Shown here in pieces: positions 12,818-25,703 of a DNA stretch of 64,000 bases. This stretch comes from Takakia lepidozioides (lineage: Eukaryota > Plantae > Bryophyta), in the NCBI GenBank assembly GCA_030704615.1, contig CM060734.1:54064001-54128000 (forward strand). Direction: 5' to 3'. A model generated the notes under the pieces. It made no database searches. It saw nothing but the letters and a program-made list of their open reading frames with translations, and was not told where the DNA came from. Made by a program: the position numbers and the translations under genes. Position 1 is the first letter of the stretch; each line of letters begins with the position of its first letter.

Positions 12818-13849
12818 AAGGATGTTTTCTTGGAAAGATGTGAGTGTCTTGATTCTTTTGTTGATCTGTGTAGCTACTCAGATCATCCACCATTTCCTGA
12901 GAGTATTGACCATGATGTACTGTTGAGTGCATTTCTGTACTGTTGAGTCATAGAGGATTGGTCATAGACGCCTGTTCGGTCATAGGCCAACTTACCCTAG
13001 CGTTTTGGATGGAAGGCTAGTGATGAATTGAGAATCCCCAGAGTTCTCGACGTTGATCTTATAAGGTCAAAGTGGGGGGCTCTACTCTTCCCACCACAAG
13101 AACTAAACAGGGCCACTCACCCCGTCAGTCCAATGCGACCGCATCATGCCGCTGCAGTGGAAGAGAAAACGATATGGGCGGCCACACCCGACTTTCACTT
13201 AACACATTCATCCCTTAAGTGACTCCCTGTTCATTTGTGCATGATTGCGCGAGATACCATCGCGTGTAGGCCACGCGTCCAAGCACCTGCACTTTGCCAT
13301 CCCTCACTGAGCTACACCATGTTCAACGGTGTTAATCTGATCAACGTGTCCCTAGATATCACTGCAGGCAGTCCTCACTACTCTGTATTCTACCAATCTC
13401 TGCCCACATTGACGATTCACAGTTCGCCGTTGCTGTCTAGATGCTCGCGCTCATTACACCTAAGTGGTTGATTTTAATCATGTTCTAAACTAGTCTGATG
13501 CACTCTCAAGGCTGTCATTTCTGAGCTATTTCTACATATTCAGTACTATGAGATCTGTCTGGACCTTGCTCACAACTTAACAGCGTTCATGCCATGCAAT
13601 GACTACGCAAAGATAGGTGACACATCATGTACAAATCTACTGTTTCCACTTCTCTCATTGCTTCATAATACATGTCGTTCATACAACCCATGATTAGATT
13701 CACTTGGTGGTTAAGTGACGAATCCTATTACTCATTCTCTCAGTATGCAGTAGTGTAGTTTACCCCTAGGATATACATCTCTAGAGGCACCAGCAGTGTA
13801 AGTTCCTTAGGAGCTGCTGTAGTGGGAAATCCAATATCCTTAGTTTCTT

Positions 13850-14543
13850 GGCACTACGTCTGAGTTGCTCTGTATGCTTGCTGAGCTTCGGTTGTTGATT
13901 GGTCCGGCAATGGCCACTCGTGATCATTGAAGCCTGGAAGTGGAATCGGCACCAGTCGCCCAAAACCTGTGTTCGAGGATCGGGGTATATAGGACACATT
14001 GTAAAAAAATATTCCATTATCCAAGAGTTCTTTATGTGGACGATTGCCTCGGGTAAGCTCTCCAATCTTTGCGTGCGTTACTGGAATCACTCATTATGCA
14101 TTTCGGGTCTACCCAATCCTCAAAGTTGGAAGGAAACAAATCTGTCACAACCAACCATATCTTTAGTATGAACAACTGGACCAGCATCAAAGAGAGGCTT
14201 TTAGATTCATAGTCAGAGTTGTAAACCTACAATTGCAAGCACCCGCGGTAGGTAGGTCATTCGGATCCAGATCCAATTGCCGCCTCATGTATGCATGTTG
14301 CACCCGCACTGCAGACACAACTGTAGATCCGGCATTCACTCGAAACTTCAACACCTTTGCTTTGTAACAACCATCCATGCTACTACTGCCCCCATGCTTC
14401 ACTGCATCTCTTGCATGACTTCCATTTCTACCGGCCATGAGCGTAACCCAAGAGTTAACCTCAATTTTTGTAGGTATCCACCTTCCATTACTGTCGAGTG
14501 AATTGAACAAAAGAACCCCCTCAACTGAAGATCGATGCCTCAT
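13850..14543 (-). pseudogene. Intron-containing gene fragment with a BAH-like domain, probably TE-borne
   Basis: IEVNSWVTL...CYKAKVLKFRV...VRVQHAYMRRQL spliced (GT..AG) to YLFPSNFEDWVDPKCIMS-IPV resembles the BAH consensus. Frameshifted. Confidence 0.4.
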
Positions 14544-15020
14544 TGAGATTGGGCTGAAGCGAAGGCTTCGTTGGCGCCAAGGCTTCTAAGCACTCAAGCC
14601 AGCAACAAATTACAAAAGGCAATGTTCTTATGGATATTGCGGGCTCCAAACGTTCCTAATGCAACTCCTTCGTTGAAACCATCGTCTATCACCGACTTCA
14701 TTTCCTTCAGGTATGCTCTGCAAAAAGCCAAGTTGGTGGAAAAAGCTCGGTTGGGTTAAAAAGGGGGGTGCTATTCCGTGAGCCCGGAGGCGTGAGCCTA
14801 TGAGCCTAGGAGCCCGTGAGCCCACGACAGGCTCACGCCACGTCAGCATGCATACAGGGCCTATTTCCGCGGGTGTCACCTATTACCGCGGATTGATCAG
14901 CCCTTTCCAAGGAATGCAGACTGGATGTGTTACATCCATTGTATCCATCATTTCTATCCATTGCATCCATTTAGACGTTATTAACATACCAAGCCTTTGC
15001 ATTGGAATGTGGCTACGTCG

Positions 15021-15325
15021 TGAGCAGGTGCACCCTCACATCATCCAAAGCGGATCCCTGCGACATGTTTTCTTACTCACCACCCTTGCGAACATGTATG
15101 GTATGTGTGGGAGCATCATAGATGCTCACCAGAAGAATGCCTGAACAATCTTTGATCACGTGGACTTTAACGTGATGGATTTACTAAGCATTCTTCTGGC
15201 AGGAATGGTTTAGAGACCAACGAGCAAATGATGCGAGAGTGCTTTGCCCAAACCAAAGACGTTTGTTTGTTTTTGCAATGCACACAAGCCTGTGAGCTCC
15301 GGAAAACACTAAAGAGATTGAAGGA
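15021..15325 (+). pseudogene. Degenerate copy of the first L-S-P motifs of the neighbouring PPR gene
   Basis: EQVHPHIIQSG..VFLLTTLANMYGMCGSIIDAHQ...GRNGLETNEQMMRE matches ~10243-10540, with deletions and frameshifts. Confidence 0.85.
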
Positions 15326-15334
15326 ACAATCTAT

Positions 15335-17550
15335 GTTGACGCACACTGTTTGGTGCTTCCAACCACGGGTGCTTTCAACTTGGCACACTGGCCCTGTGTG
15401 GCCCATTTAGACATCAAAAAACAACTGGAAAGGGGGTCACAAACAATCTGCATTGACGCACACTGTTTGGTGCTTCCAACTACGGGAGTTTTCAACTTGG
15501 CACATTGGCCCTGTGTGGCCCATTTAGACATAAAAAAACAACCGGAAAAGGGGGCACAAATAGTTTGCGTTGAGCACACTGTTTGGTGCTTCCAACTACG
15601 GGTGTTTTGACCTTGGCACACTGGCCCTGTGTGGCCCATTTAGACATCAACAAACAAGCATAAAGGGGGCACAAACAGTGTGCTTTGAAGCACACTGTTT
15701 GGTGCTTCCAATTAGGGGTTTTTTGACATGGCATATTGGCCCTGTGTGGCTCATTTCGAAATCAAAAAACAGGCTGAGAGAGGTGAACAAACAGTGTGCA
15801 TTGACGCACACTGTTCGATGCTTCACTATGGGGTTTTTTGACATGGCATACTGGACCTGTGTGGCCAATTTAGACATCAATAAACAAGCATAAATGGGAG
15901 CACAAACAATGTGCTTTGAAGCACAATGTTTGGTACTTCCAATTAGGGGTTTTTCGACATGGCATACTGGCCCTGTGTGGCTCATTTTGAAATAAAAAAA
16001 ACAGGCTGAGAGAGGGGTACAAACAGTGTGCGTTGACGCACACTGTTTGATGCTTCCAACTATGGGGTTGTTTGACATGGCACACTGGCCCTGTGTGGCC
16101 CATTTAGACATCAATAAACAAGCATAAAGAGGAGCACAAACAGTGTGCTTTGAAAAGCACACTGTTTGGTGCTTCCAATTAGGGGTTTTTTGACATGGCA
16201 TACTGACCCTGTGTGGCCCATTTTGAGATTAAAAAACTGGCTGAGAGAGGGGCACAAACAGTGTGCGTTGACGCACACTGTTTGGTGCGTCCAACTATGG
16301 GGTTTTTTTTACATGGCATTCTGGCCCTATGTGGCCCATTTACACATCAAAAAATTAGCATAAAGGGGAGCACAAACAGGCTGTTTGGTGCTTCCAATTA
16401 GGGGTTTTTTGACATGGCATACTGGCCTTGTATGGCCCATTTAGAAATAAAAAAACAGGCTGAGATGGGGGCACAAACAGTGTGCGTTGACGCACACTGT
16501 TTGGTGCTTCCAATTATGGGGTTTTTTGAGATGGCATTCTGGCCCTGTGTTGCCCATTTAGACATCAATAAACAAGCATAAAGGAAAGCACAAACAGTGT
16601 GCTTCGAAGCACACTGTTTGATGCTCCCAATTAGGGGCGTTTGGTGCGTCCAACTTTGGGGTTTTTTGACATGGCATTCTGGCCCTATGTGGCCCATTTG
16701 GACATCCAAAAACAAGCTGAGAGAGGGGCACAAACAGTGTGCGTTGACGCACACTATTTGGTGCTTCCAACTATGGGGTTTTTTTGACATGGCATACTGG
16801 CCCTGTGTGGCCCATTTAGACATCAATAAACAAGCATAAATGGGAGCACAAACAGTGTGCTTTGAAGCACACTGTTTGGTGCTTCCAATTAGGGGTTTTT
16901 CGACATGGCATACTGGCCCTGTGTGGCCCATTTAGACATCAAAAAACTGGCTGAGAGAGGGGCAGAGACAGTGTGCGTTGCCACACACTCTTTGGTGTTT
17001 CCAACCACGGGTGTTTTTAACATGGTACACTGGCCCTGTGTGGCACATTTAGACATCAAGCATGGCCCATTTTTTAATCAAAAAACAGGCTGAGAGGGGT
17101 GCACAAACGGTGTGCGTTGACGCACAATGTTTGGTGCTTCCAACTTCGGGTGTTTTCAACTCGACACACTGGCCCTGTGTGGCCCATTTGAACATCATAA
17201 AACAGCTGGAAAAGGGGGGCACAAATAGTGTGCGTTGACGCACACTGTTTGGTGTTTCCAACAATGGGTGTTTTGAACTTGGCACACTGGCCCTGTGTGG
17301 CACATTTTGACATCGAAAAACAATCAGAAATGGCGCACAAACAGTGTGCGTTGACACAACTGTTTGTTTCTTCCAATTAGGGGTATTTTGAACATGGCAT
17401 ACTTTCCTTGTGTGGCCCATTTTGAAATCAGAAGACAGGCACAGAGGGGGGCACAAACAGTGTGCGTTGCCACACTTTGGTGCTTTCAACTGCGGGTGTT
17501 TTGAATAAGGCACACTGGCCCTGTGTGGCACATTTAGACATCAGAAAACA
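15335..17550 (+). repeat. Tandem array 1 of ~120-bp units (~18 units) with palindromic core CAAACAGTGTGC(G/T)-TTGA-(C/A)GCACACTGTTTG
   Basis: Directly visible. Alternating unit types give a ~240-bp higher-order repeat. Confidence 0.95.
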
Positions 17551-18593
17551 AGCAAAGAGGCTTTAGTTTGCACACACTTCAGCTTGCATAACTGGGCCAG
17601 TATAACATGAAGCAAAACAAAAAGTAGCTTCCATGACAGACTTGTACCTTTTCTTGTGCTGCATTCGATGTCTCTCGAATCGCAGGAGACCCTTTGCGCT
17701 TCGGACTGCTGTCTACACCATGCATGTTCTGCAACATGTCCTCAATCCTCTTTTCCACTATCAGCTTCTTCATGAGGCCACCATCAACATCCTCTTCGGC
17801 GTCCGTCTCTCCCTCGGATGCAGTCTTCTCCTCACCTGTTCTCGCCAGTACGGGGGGCTGTTGTTCCTCTCCAAAATCCTGCTCTTGCATCGCCAACCTT
17901 TCCTCATTTCCCTCTTCGTCCTCCTTTCCTTCTTCGTCTACTCTTTCCAACCTCATTCTATCTCTGGCTCTCTTCCTATCCCTAGTGCTGGTATAGTATA
18001 GCAACTTTCTTCTCTTCTTCCTCCGGTGGAAACAAACGCTCCCCACGCTGCCTCAACAGCTCTCCAGTTTGATGTTTGCAACAACGGTTGCTTTGGCATG
18101 TATCGAAATTACAATTTGAACATTGGCAATAATTGTGATGCTTCACACATCCATGTATGTTGTACTGCCTATCCTGCGATTTGCATTTCGCGGTCACCGG
18201 CGCAATGCAGTGATTTCAGTATAAAGCTTGATGTCGGCAATCGTAATGTGTTGCGCACCTTTGTGCGGAGTGTCCCCTGAGTGTCACTGTTTGTGTTGTG
18301 CTCTTCTGGCACAGCACAAACAAATTTGATTTGGGGTATCCTGTTTATTTGTGGCCACCAAACAAAACTAACCCTAACCTAGATATAATTGTACGCCAAA
18401 AAATTATACTATGGATGTGTATCGCCGTTTTGGATGAAACGGGTCATTTCTAGGCTAAGCAAATATGGGGCATTACAACCTCCTACGGAGGCAGTACCAG
18501 CGTAGAAAGTCGCTCATGTTCATGCTCACTAGAGAATAAGTCTTCCCTCTACCCTCAAAGTCCCAACCTGATGACTGTCTATGTACCTATTGG

Positions 18594-18934
18594 CATGGTA
18601 AGTATCCACTGTGAGGTTGGAGAATGGAGACAGGACTTGGATGTTGGATCATCATGGTCTTTGGCAGACCTTCGGCAGGAGATTTTGATACAGTTGGGTC
18701 TGATCCGGATGCAAACTTGGAAATGTGGGTCATTGAAGTTGAGAATACGCCAGTTAAGGTTAGGAACTTCCCCTATTCAATACTATCTTCACTGTTTTGG
18801 TCATATGGTCGATAGCAAGAACCCTAAATCCTTTGCCTTATTTTGGACACGCAGGTGAATGCAAAGAATGAGAAGAACATGCTGGTCCAATATGTTTTGC
18901 CACCCAAAATGGTGCGATTGCTTGCAAGGACCTG
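18594..18934 (+). pseudogene. Small two-exon gene, possibly ubiquitin-like fold
   Basis: MVSIHCEVGEWRQDLDVGSSWSLADLRQEILIQLG/SDPDANLEMWVIEVENTPVK, GT..AG intron, then VNAKNEKNMLVQYVLPPKMVRLLART*. One frameshift. Confidence 0.35.
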
Positions 18935-19847
18935 AGGCTATCAGCAGATTACTACATGCCGAATTGAGCATTCACGCCTGGGGGTTTAAGCTTGGGGTTA
19001 TTGATGGTGAGGGGCCTCTTTTCTGGGTGGTGGTAGTGAGAGTTAGAGTCATGTTTCAGCATGTACAGTCTGTTGGAAAGAGATGAAACAATTTTCTTTG
19101 CGAGATCTCTCTTCTGCTACCATTTTTGGCAGATCTTATATCTCAGCTGGACATTCACATGGATTGATGTTTTCTGTCTCCCTTGCTGTTTTACTTTTTC
19201 CATGGACTCCTCAGGGCTCCCAGTAAGCTGTCTGAGCTTCCCGTGGGCATTATCAAGTTTCTTTCTCTCTCTCTCTCCACAAAGGGGCAGGACCTTTATG
19301 ATCAATGTACTAATAGGGAATTGAGTATATATGACCCCATAAGGCATGCTAATTAAACCTGCCAAGGGCAGCCAAACTAAGTCAACAACAGAAAGCTCTC
19401 TCAAAGTAGTTGGTGTGGGGTAACTGAACAGTGGGACAGCTGGGGATGCAAGGCGGCTGGTAGTGTTGGTCATATTCATCGGCCTTGCCAGCCTATATGT
19501 GATCCCAAGGCCTCGACTCATCTCAACTGCTCTGTAGCAGCTGGCAAGGGAACTCCCAGCCCTCCCCACGCCATTCCATTTCTGGGTTATACATTTTCTA
19601 GGTCTTTGGCCAATTCCAACTGCAATCACAGGTGGGCCCTTCTCCAACAACCAACTCGATGCTACATCCGCGATTGCCACCACACCCCAGACCAGTAGCT
19701 ATGCCGCCCGTTGGCATACTTGGTACTTCTCAGCAAACTATTGGCTTTCAATACCAGGGACATCCAGTGGCTGTCCTTGCTCCTGTGCTTGATTCAACGC
19801 AGGAATGGTATTTTGCGAGAAGACCCAACTCAATGTTTCATAGGTTT

Positions 19848-21137
19848 CCTCAAACAGTGTGCGTCAACGCACACTGTTTGAGCCCCCCTTGTGCCTAGTT
19901 TTTTGGTGTGGAAATGGTGCACACAGGGGCCTCTCTATCTGGTTCAATCCACCCCTACTACGAAGCTCAAACAGTGTGCGCCAACGCACACTGTTCGAGC
20001 CCCCCTTCTCACTGCTTTTTTCATAATAAAATCGTCTAGACAGGGTATCTCTATGAGGTTCAATCAACAATTTCCTGGCGGCTCCAGCAGTGTGCGTCAA
20101 CGCACACTTTTTGAGCCCACCTTGTCATTGTTTTTTTCATGTGAAAATCGGCCACATAGGGCCAGTCTTGCAGGTTCAATGCACACTTACCTGGCAGCTC
20201 AAACAGTGTGCGTCAACGCACACTGTTTGAGCCCACCTTGTTATTGTATTTTTCATGTGAAAATTGGTCACATAGGGCCAGTCTTGCAGGTTCAATGCAA
20301 ACTTACCTGGCAGCTCAAACAGTGTGCGTCAACGCACACTGTTTGAGCCCACCTTGTCATTGTTTTTTTCATGTGAAAATTGGCCACATAGGGCCACTCA
20401 GGCAGGTTCAGTCCACCCCGAATTGGAAGCTCAAACAGTGTGCGGCACCGCACACTGTTTGAGCCCCCCATTTTGCTTGTTTTTTCATGTTCAAAACGGC
20501 CACATAGGGCCACTCTGGCAAGTTCAATCCACCCCGAAATTAGAAGCTCAAACAGTGTGCGGCACCGCACACTGTTTGAGCCCCCCATTTTGCTTGTTTT
20601 TTCATGTTCAAAACATAGGGCCACTCTGGCAGGTTCAATCCACCCCCAATTGGAAGCTCAAACAGTGTGCGTCAACGCACACTGTTTGAGCCCCCCTTGT
20701 GCCTTGTTTTTTTGGTATGGAAATGGTGCACACAGGGGCCTCTCTGTATGGTTCAATCCACCCCTAATTCAAAGCTCAAACAGTGTGCGTCAACGCACAC
20801 TGTTTGAGCCCCCCTTCTCATTGTTTTTTTCATAATAAAATCGTCCAGACAGGGTATCTCTGTGAGGTTCAATGAACAATTTCCTGGTAGCTTAAACAGT
20901 GTGCGCCAACGCACACTGTTTGAGCCCCCCTTCTCATTGTTTTTTTCATAACAAAATCGTCCAGACAGGGTAACTCTGTGAGGTTCAATCCACACTAACC
21001 TGGCAGCTCAAACAGTGTGCGTCAACGCACACTGTCTGAGCCCCCCCTTGTAATTGTTTCTTGAATGTGAAAATCGTGCACACAGTCGCCTCTCTCTAAG
21101 GTTCATTCCACCCCTTTTTGGAAGCTCAATCAGTGTG
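19848..21137 (-). repeat. Tandem array 2 (~11 units) of the same family in opposite orientation, core GCTCAAACAGTGTGCG-(TCAA/GCAC)-CGCACACTGTTTGAGC
   Basis: Directly visible. It ends mid-palindrome at the inversion breakpoint. Confidence 0.95.
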
Positions 21138-21747
21138 TGGCGATGTCATTTGTTTGCTTCAAATTCCTCATCTTGTCCTGGGCAAGCCAGGACGCGTTGA
21201 GGGGCACAAACTGTCTCTTCATCAATTCCTTGAACCCACTCCAGTTCAAGGTTTCCGGGCTTGGGCCTCGGTCGTGAAGGCGTTTCTGCCACCATTGTTG
21301 AGCATAGCCCCTCAAATAGGTGGGAGCCACTTCCACCCGATCCTCGTTACTCAACTTGGCCGCCCGGAAGTACTGCTCTAGCTCCAAGAGCCAGGTGTTG
21401 AGTGCCTTCCGATTTCGAATGCCCTCGAAGGTGCCGGGTTCCTTAGGCTTCACCTTAAACTTTGCCTTAGTGGAAGTGGCATTAGCCGCCTTCAACACGT
21501 CTTTCAACGTCCCGCCAAACTGCGCCAACAACCCTTCCCAAAAGGCTGCCGGCATGGGAGGCATCTCTTGGTTTGTCGGAGCTCTCAAGGATTCCTCGGA
21601 TTCCTCCCGCTCTTGAGCGGCCTCGTTTTCGGAAACATTCATCGCTTCCTCAAACGGCCGCCTCGGTGACACGTCGCCCCCATCGGGCTCACCAGGATCA
21701 TCATCTTTTGGGCCGTTCCGCTTTCGCTTTGGCTTGCCCGACCCCAT
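21138..21747 (-). pseudogene. 5' half of chromovirus gag (inverted relative to the rest of the element)
   Basis: PKEPGTFEG..WLLELEQYF..YLRGYAQQWW..WSGFKELMKRQF..LKQTNDIA. It joins in frame to KHVQAFNVLLLEV at 25704. Confidence 0.9.
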
Positions 21748-21788
21748 GATGAGGCCAATCCCAAGGACGATCGCGTACTGAACTCTAA

Positions 21789-21800
21789 GCTCTAATACCA
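21789..21800 (-). other. Primer binding site, tRNA-iMet type (TGGTATTAGAGC)
   Basis: Lies 2 nt from the 3' end of the 5' LTR, one mismatch from TGGTATCAGAGC. Confidence 0.85.
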
Positions 21801-21802
21801 AG

Positions 21803-22528
21803 TGTCGCGCACCTCACTTCGGTAAGCTCCCCTTCAAGTCATAGTTACTCGCTTTGATGCGCGCGCCTGACTCCCAACCTGGCCGCCCGGGCCAACTTGG
21901 AGCTTCGGCTGCTCACCGGGACATAACGGTCCCCCTTCGCTTCCCTCTAAACCCTCCACCTATTTGGGACTAGGAGAATTCCCTTTGGTAGATGGCAGTC
22001 CGGAACAGCTCCCCTCTCTTTGGTCGCTTTCCGGCTCGTTCGCTTACTCACTAGTTTTTGGTCACCAACAGGCTTGCACCGTTCTCGGGGTTACTACTCC
22101 ATATATATACTTCTGTAGCTGTCCGCGGGGGTTTCATAACCAGCCATGCCATTTTATGGCGAACCACCATGAAAACCCTCGACTCCCGGTGATGAGTCGC
22201 GGTGAGTCTTGGCCCACTCATCACGGCCCCTATGGACCGTGATGAGTCCCAAGACTCCCCACGACTCCCACCACGAGGTCTCCGCCCCCATGGTGAGTCC
22301 TATGCCACCCCCACTAAGTCCCGCTAAGCTACCACCACCCCTTGTGGAGCTACCCCCACCGCAACCCGGTGTGCGGGGCTCCACCTAGTGAGCGCCTCCG
22401 CCTCCTTGAGTGCCTTGGGCACTCAAGGGTGCTTCAGCCCCCCATACCTATCGCTGCCGATGCCCCCACTACAGGGGCAGCCCCTCATGTGTCCCGACCC
22501 CCTGCCCTCAAGGCAAAGGGTCGCGACA
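21803..22528 (-). repeat. 5' LTR of the chromoviral Gypsy element (inverted)
   Basis: TGTCGCGA...GCGCGACA termini. Near-identical reverse complement of 30548-31272. Flanked by TSD GTAGG (CCTAC at 22529-22533). Confidence 0.95.
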
Positions 22529-24897
22529 CCTACCCCTTCCTTTCCCCACACCACCAGCAACATCCTTTCCATTTGCCTTTCTGCCTTTACCCGGTGTATC
22601 CCGAGCGGGAGGCTCCTTCTCTGCAAGAGTCCTCAACTTCTCTCATGAATGTCGAGGTCGGCTGCTGCGGCGGTAGCTGCTATACGCTCATTCTCTCTCC
22701 TCAAAGACACCTCCTGAGCTGGGGTCTCTGAAGCAGGGCAATCCAAATACCAACCACAAGCAGAAAGATGGTCTGGGCCCCAGTCATGCAAGATCCCCGT
22801 AGTAAACATGGTCTGGTTGCCAGCAGGGACAAGCCAAAGGTCCACGAAATCAGGATGTTTGTCCAAGCAGTTCTCTGCCATGAGAACATACTTTATGTAC
22901 CTGCAGGAACAGAGACAACCTCATTATGCAATGCAAATATTGTCTCCCAGCTTTTCCACCCCATCACGAAGACCCCCTAAAAGAGTATGCGACACATTAC
23001 ACTCCACCACAAACTCATATGAGCCAGCCAAAAACAGGTTGGATGGAGGAGATTGTGTCTATGCAAAACAAAGAAGCACAGTCCATTTCGCACTTGTAAA
23101 GGCATCGTTTCCAGGCTTCCTCTCCTTTCTCTTGCTGGTCAAGTTCATTTGTTCGACTGATGCCAGCATCCTTGCTGAACTCTCTGAAGAAACAAGATTG
23201 TCACACTGTGGCTCTCCATTTCCTCATGTATGCTTGGAAGGAGACCTTCGGTTCTGTCATGGTGATCCCATAGTCAGCTAGCTGCGTATGTAGAACCGAC
23301 CGGGCCCTTTCCTCCAACTGCAGACCAATACAGAAGCAAGAATGAACACAAAAACAATCACAACCAATGTAACATGGAAAAAGAATGACAGAAAAAACGA
23401 AAAGAAAGTGACACAGCAAATGACATCATACCTGGCTCCAGTAAGTGGCCTTGTGAAGCCATGTGTCCAGCACATTGTCACTGACAGGAATGACACGCTG
23501 GGTCTTCTTCTCTTTCTCCAGCCTGGGGAACATGTGGGTATCCCTAACAGTAGGATCGGAGTTCCATATCTGTAGCTACTTCACCTTCTGTTCTGAAGAC
23601 ACAACGGTAGTAGACAACCTGTGTAACTTCTCCTGGGCCATCTCCGGCTTGCCTGGCTTGTTGTAATGGTTTTTCACCTCTTGAAGGAACTCTGGTCCGA
23701 AGGTTGGGTCAACAATTCTCAGTTGTTTCACAAAAGCACTCATAATAGTCTTTCTTGTGGCGGTCATCTCTTACTGGATGTGACTCTCAACACCCTTTGC
23801 TGTCCTTTTCTCCTCAGGGGTAGAGCTGTAGTATTCCAGTTTGCCACGCTCTCCTGCATCTGCAATGTCTTGCTGCAAGGGAATGCACGAGAGTTGCATC
23901 AACCCAAGGGCAAGGGAAACAAACAGAAACAAACATGTGGAAGCAGGAATATCGAAAGGCCAGATGATGGAAGATGTATCTCACCGCATACATATACTCC
24001 ATGAAAGCCTCACGGGTCAACGAGTACCACGTTTCTGATGTCTTGGAGCTTTCGCACTTCTTGTACGTCTCTACTGAAAGGATGGTCTTGAAGTTGGTCA
24101 AGGGCATCTGCCCGATCCTTTGTATCCTGTACAGTGTGTGAACCAGACTCGTTTTGACATGCGATGTCTCCGTCCCTCTGCAGAATGATGTGTGAAAGTC
24201 AGAATGAAATTCAAGGACCGTCAACAGAGGACTGGAACCAAAGAACCACAGAACCACAAGTGGAACATGTAGAATGAGAAACCAACCTATTCACATCATT
24301 CATTGCCGTCAGAAGACCCATCATGTTCCCGTCACAATCCAGCACCATCGATCAAACAGAGTAATGCCACTCTTCCTCATGTGAGTGCAGCCTCCCAATG
24401 ACAGCCATCCATGCAAGCAACTGGTGGTTGCCATCCCAAACGTGAAACATCTTCCCTGAGAATGCCTGGGTGGAAGGTTTCCTGGAGAGAAGAAGTTTGA
24501 AGGATTCGTTCACCTGTCTCCAAATGGGATCCCAGGAGTCCACGATTGACTCATCCACAAGGAGCTCATTGCCTCTGGAATCCTTTGTAGAAACGTAAAA
24601 GACTGCGGATCCATCCAAATACCCATGAACAAACTCGGCCTCCAGCTTCAAGATGTCCTTGATGAGGGGTGGACAAACAACGGGCATGGAAACCAACCTA
24701 CACATGGGAATCTTCAACCTCCCACCCGGGGCAAGCATACTTGCACCACAAGCTGAGAGTTTACCTTCTGACCCCCCAGCATCTCAGCAACTTTGCTTTC
24801 ATAGAACTCATCGTCCACATCAACAATGATCTCCTTCCCCTGCCCCGAAGGGATCTCATCCGCCACACTTTGCATCTTCTCCTACAGAATTGTTCAT
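22529..24897 (-). pseudogene. 5' part of a multi-exon ParB/Srx-like + methyltransferase gene (ParB-like N-terminal region)
   Basis: LKIPMCRLV..ILKLEAEFVHGY..KMFHVWDGNHQLLAW resembles the ParB/Sulfiredoxin DG(N)HR motif. Several GT..AG introns, stops and frameshifts. The frame ending KDVAGGVGKGRGR continues across the Gypsy TSD into 31278. Confidence 0.65.
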
Positions 24898-24919
24898 TCA
24901 AATTGATATAAGAGAGAGG

Positions 24920-25703
24920 CATGAAACGATGGTGTTTTGAGCATGGCGCATAGGCCCTATGTGGCCCAATTTCTCATCAGAAAACAAGCAGTGTCGGGGC
25001 CAAAAATAATGTGCATTGCCGCACAATGTTTTAGCTTCCAAATAGTGGTGTTTTGAACATGATATTTGGCCCTATGTGGCACATTTCCACAAAAAAAACA
25101 GGCAGAGAGGGGGCCAAAAAGGGGGCACAAATAGTGTGCGTTGCCGCACACTCTTCGTGCTACCAACTATGGGTGTTTTGAGCATGCATACTGGCCCTCT
25201 TTGGCCCAATTTCACATAGAAAAACAAGCAGAGAGGGGGCTCAAACAGTGTGCGTTGCCGCACACTGTTTGAGATTCCAATAAGGGTTCGTTTCAACCTG
25301 CCAGAGTGGCCCTAGGTGCCCGATTTTCACAACAAAAAAACAAGCAGACAAGGGGGCTCAAACAGTGTGCGTTGCCACTTTTTGAGCTTGTAATAAGGGG
25401 TGATTTTAACATGGCATAGTGGCCATGAGTGGCCGATTTTGAAATAAAAGAAAAGTCAGTGAAGGGGGCTCAAACAGTGTGCGTTGCCGTACACTATTTG
25501 AGCTTCCATTTCGGGGTGGATTCAACCTGCCAGACTGGCCCTCGGTGCACAATTTTCATGTACAAAAACAAGCAAATCAGGGGGCTCAAACAGTGTGCGT
25601 TGACGCACACTGTTTGGGCTGCCAGATAAGTGTGAATTGAACTTGACAGAGATGACCTTTGTGGTCAATTCTAAAATGAAAAAATAATGTCAAATGTGGG
25701 CTC
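24920..25703 (+). repeat. Tandem array 3 (~6-7 units), originally the continuation of array 2 before the inversion
   Basis: Same ~120-bp palindrome-cored unit. It ends at GGGCTCAAACA abutting gag. Confidence 0.9.

Noticed and set aside
15167-21000. Many short Cys/His-rich ORFs in the repeat arrays
   Set aside because: Translations of the tandem repeat on both strands, with no conserved frame.
15335-25703. CRISPR array (palindromic repeats with spacers)
   Set aside because: The ~85-bp inter-palindrome segments are homologous to each other rather than unique, there are no cas genes, and the context is eukaryotic.
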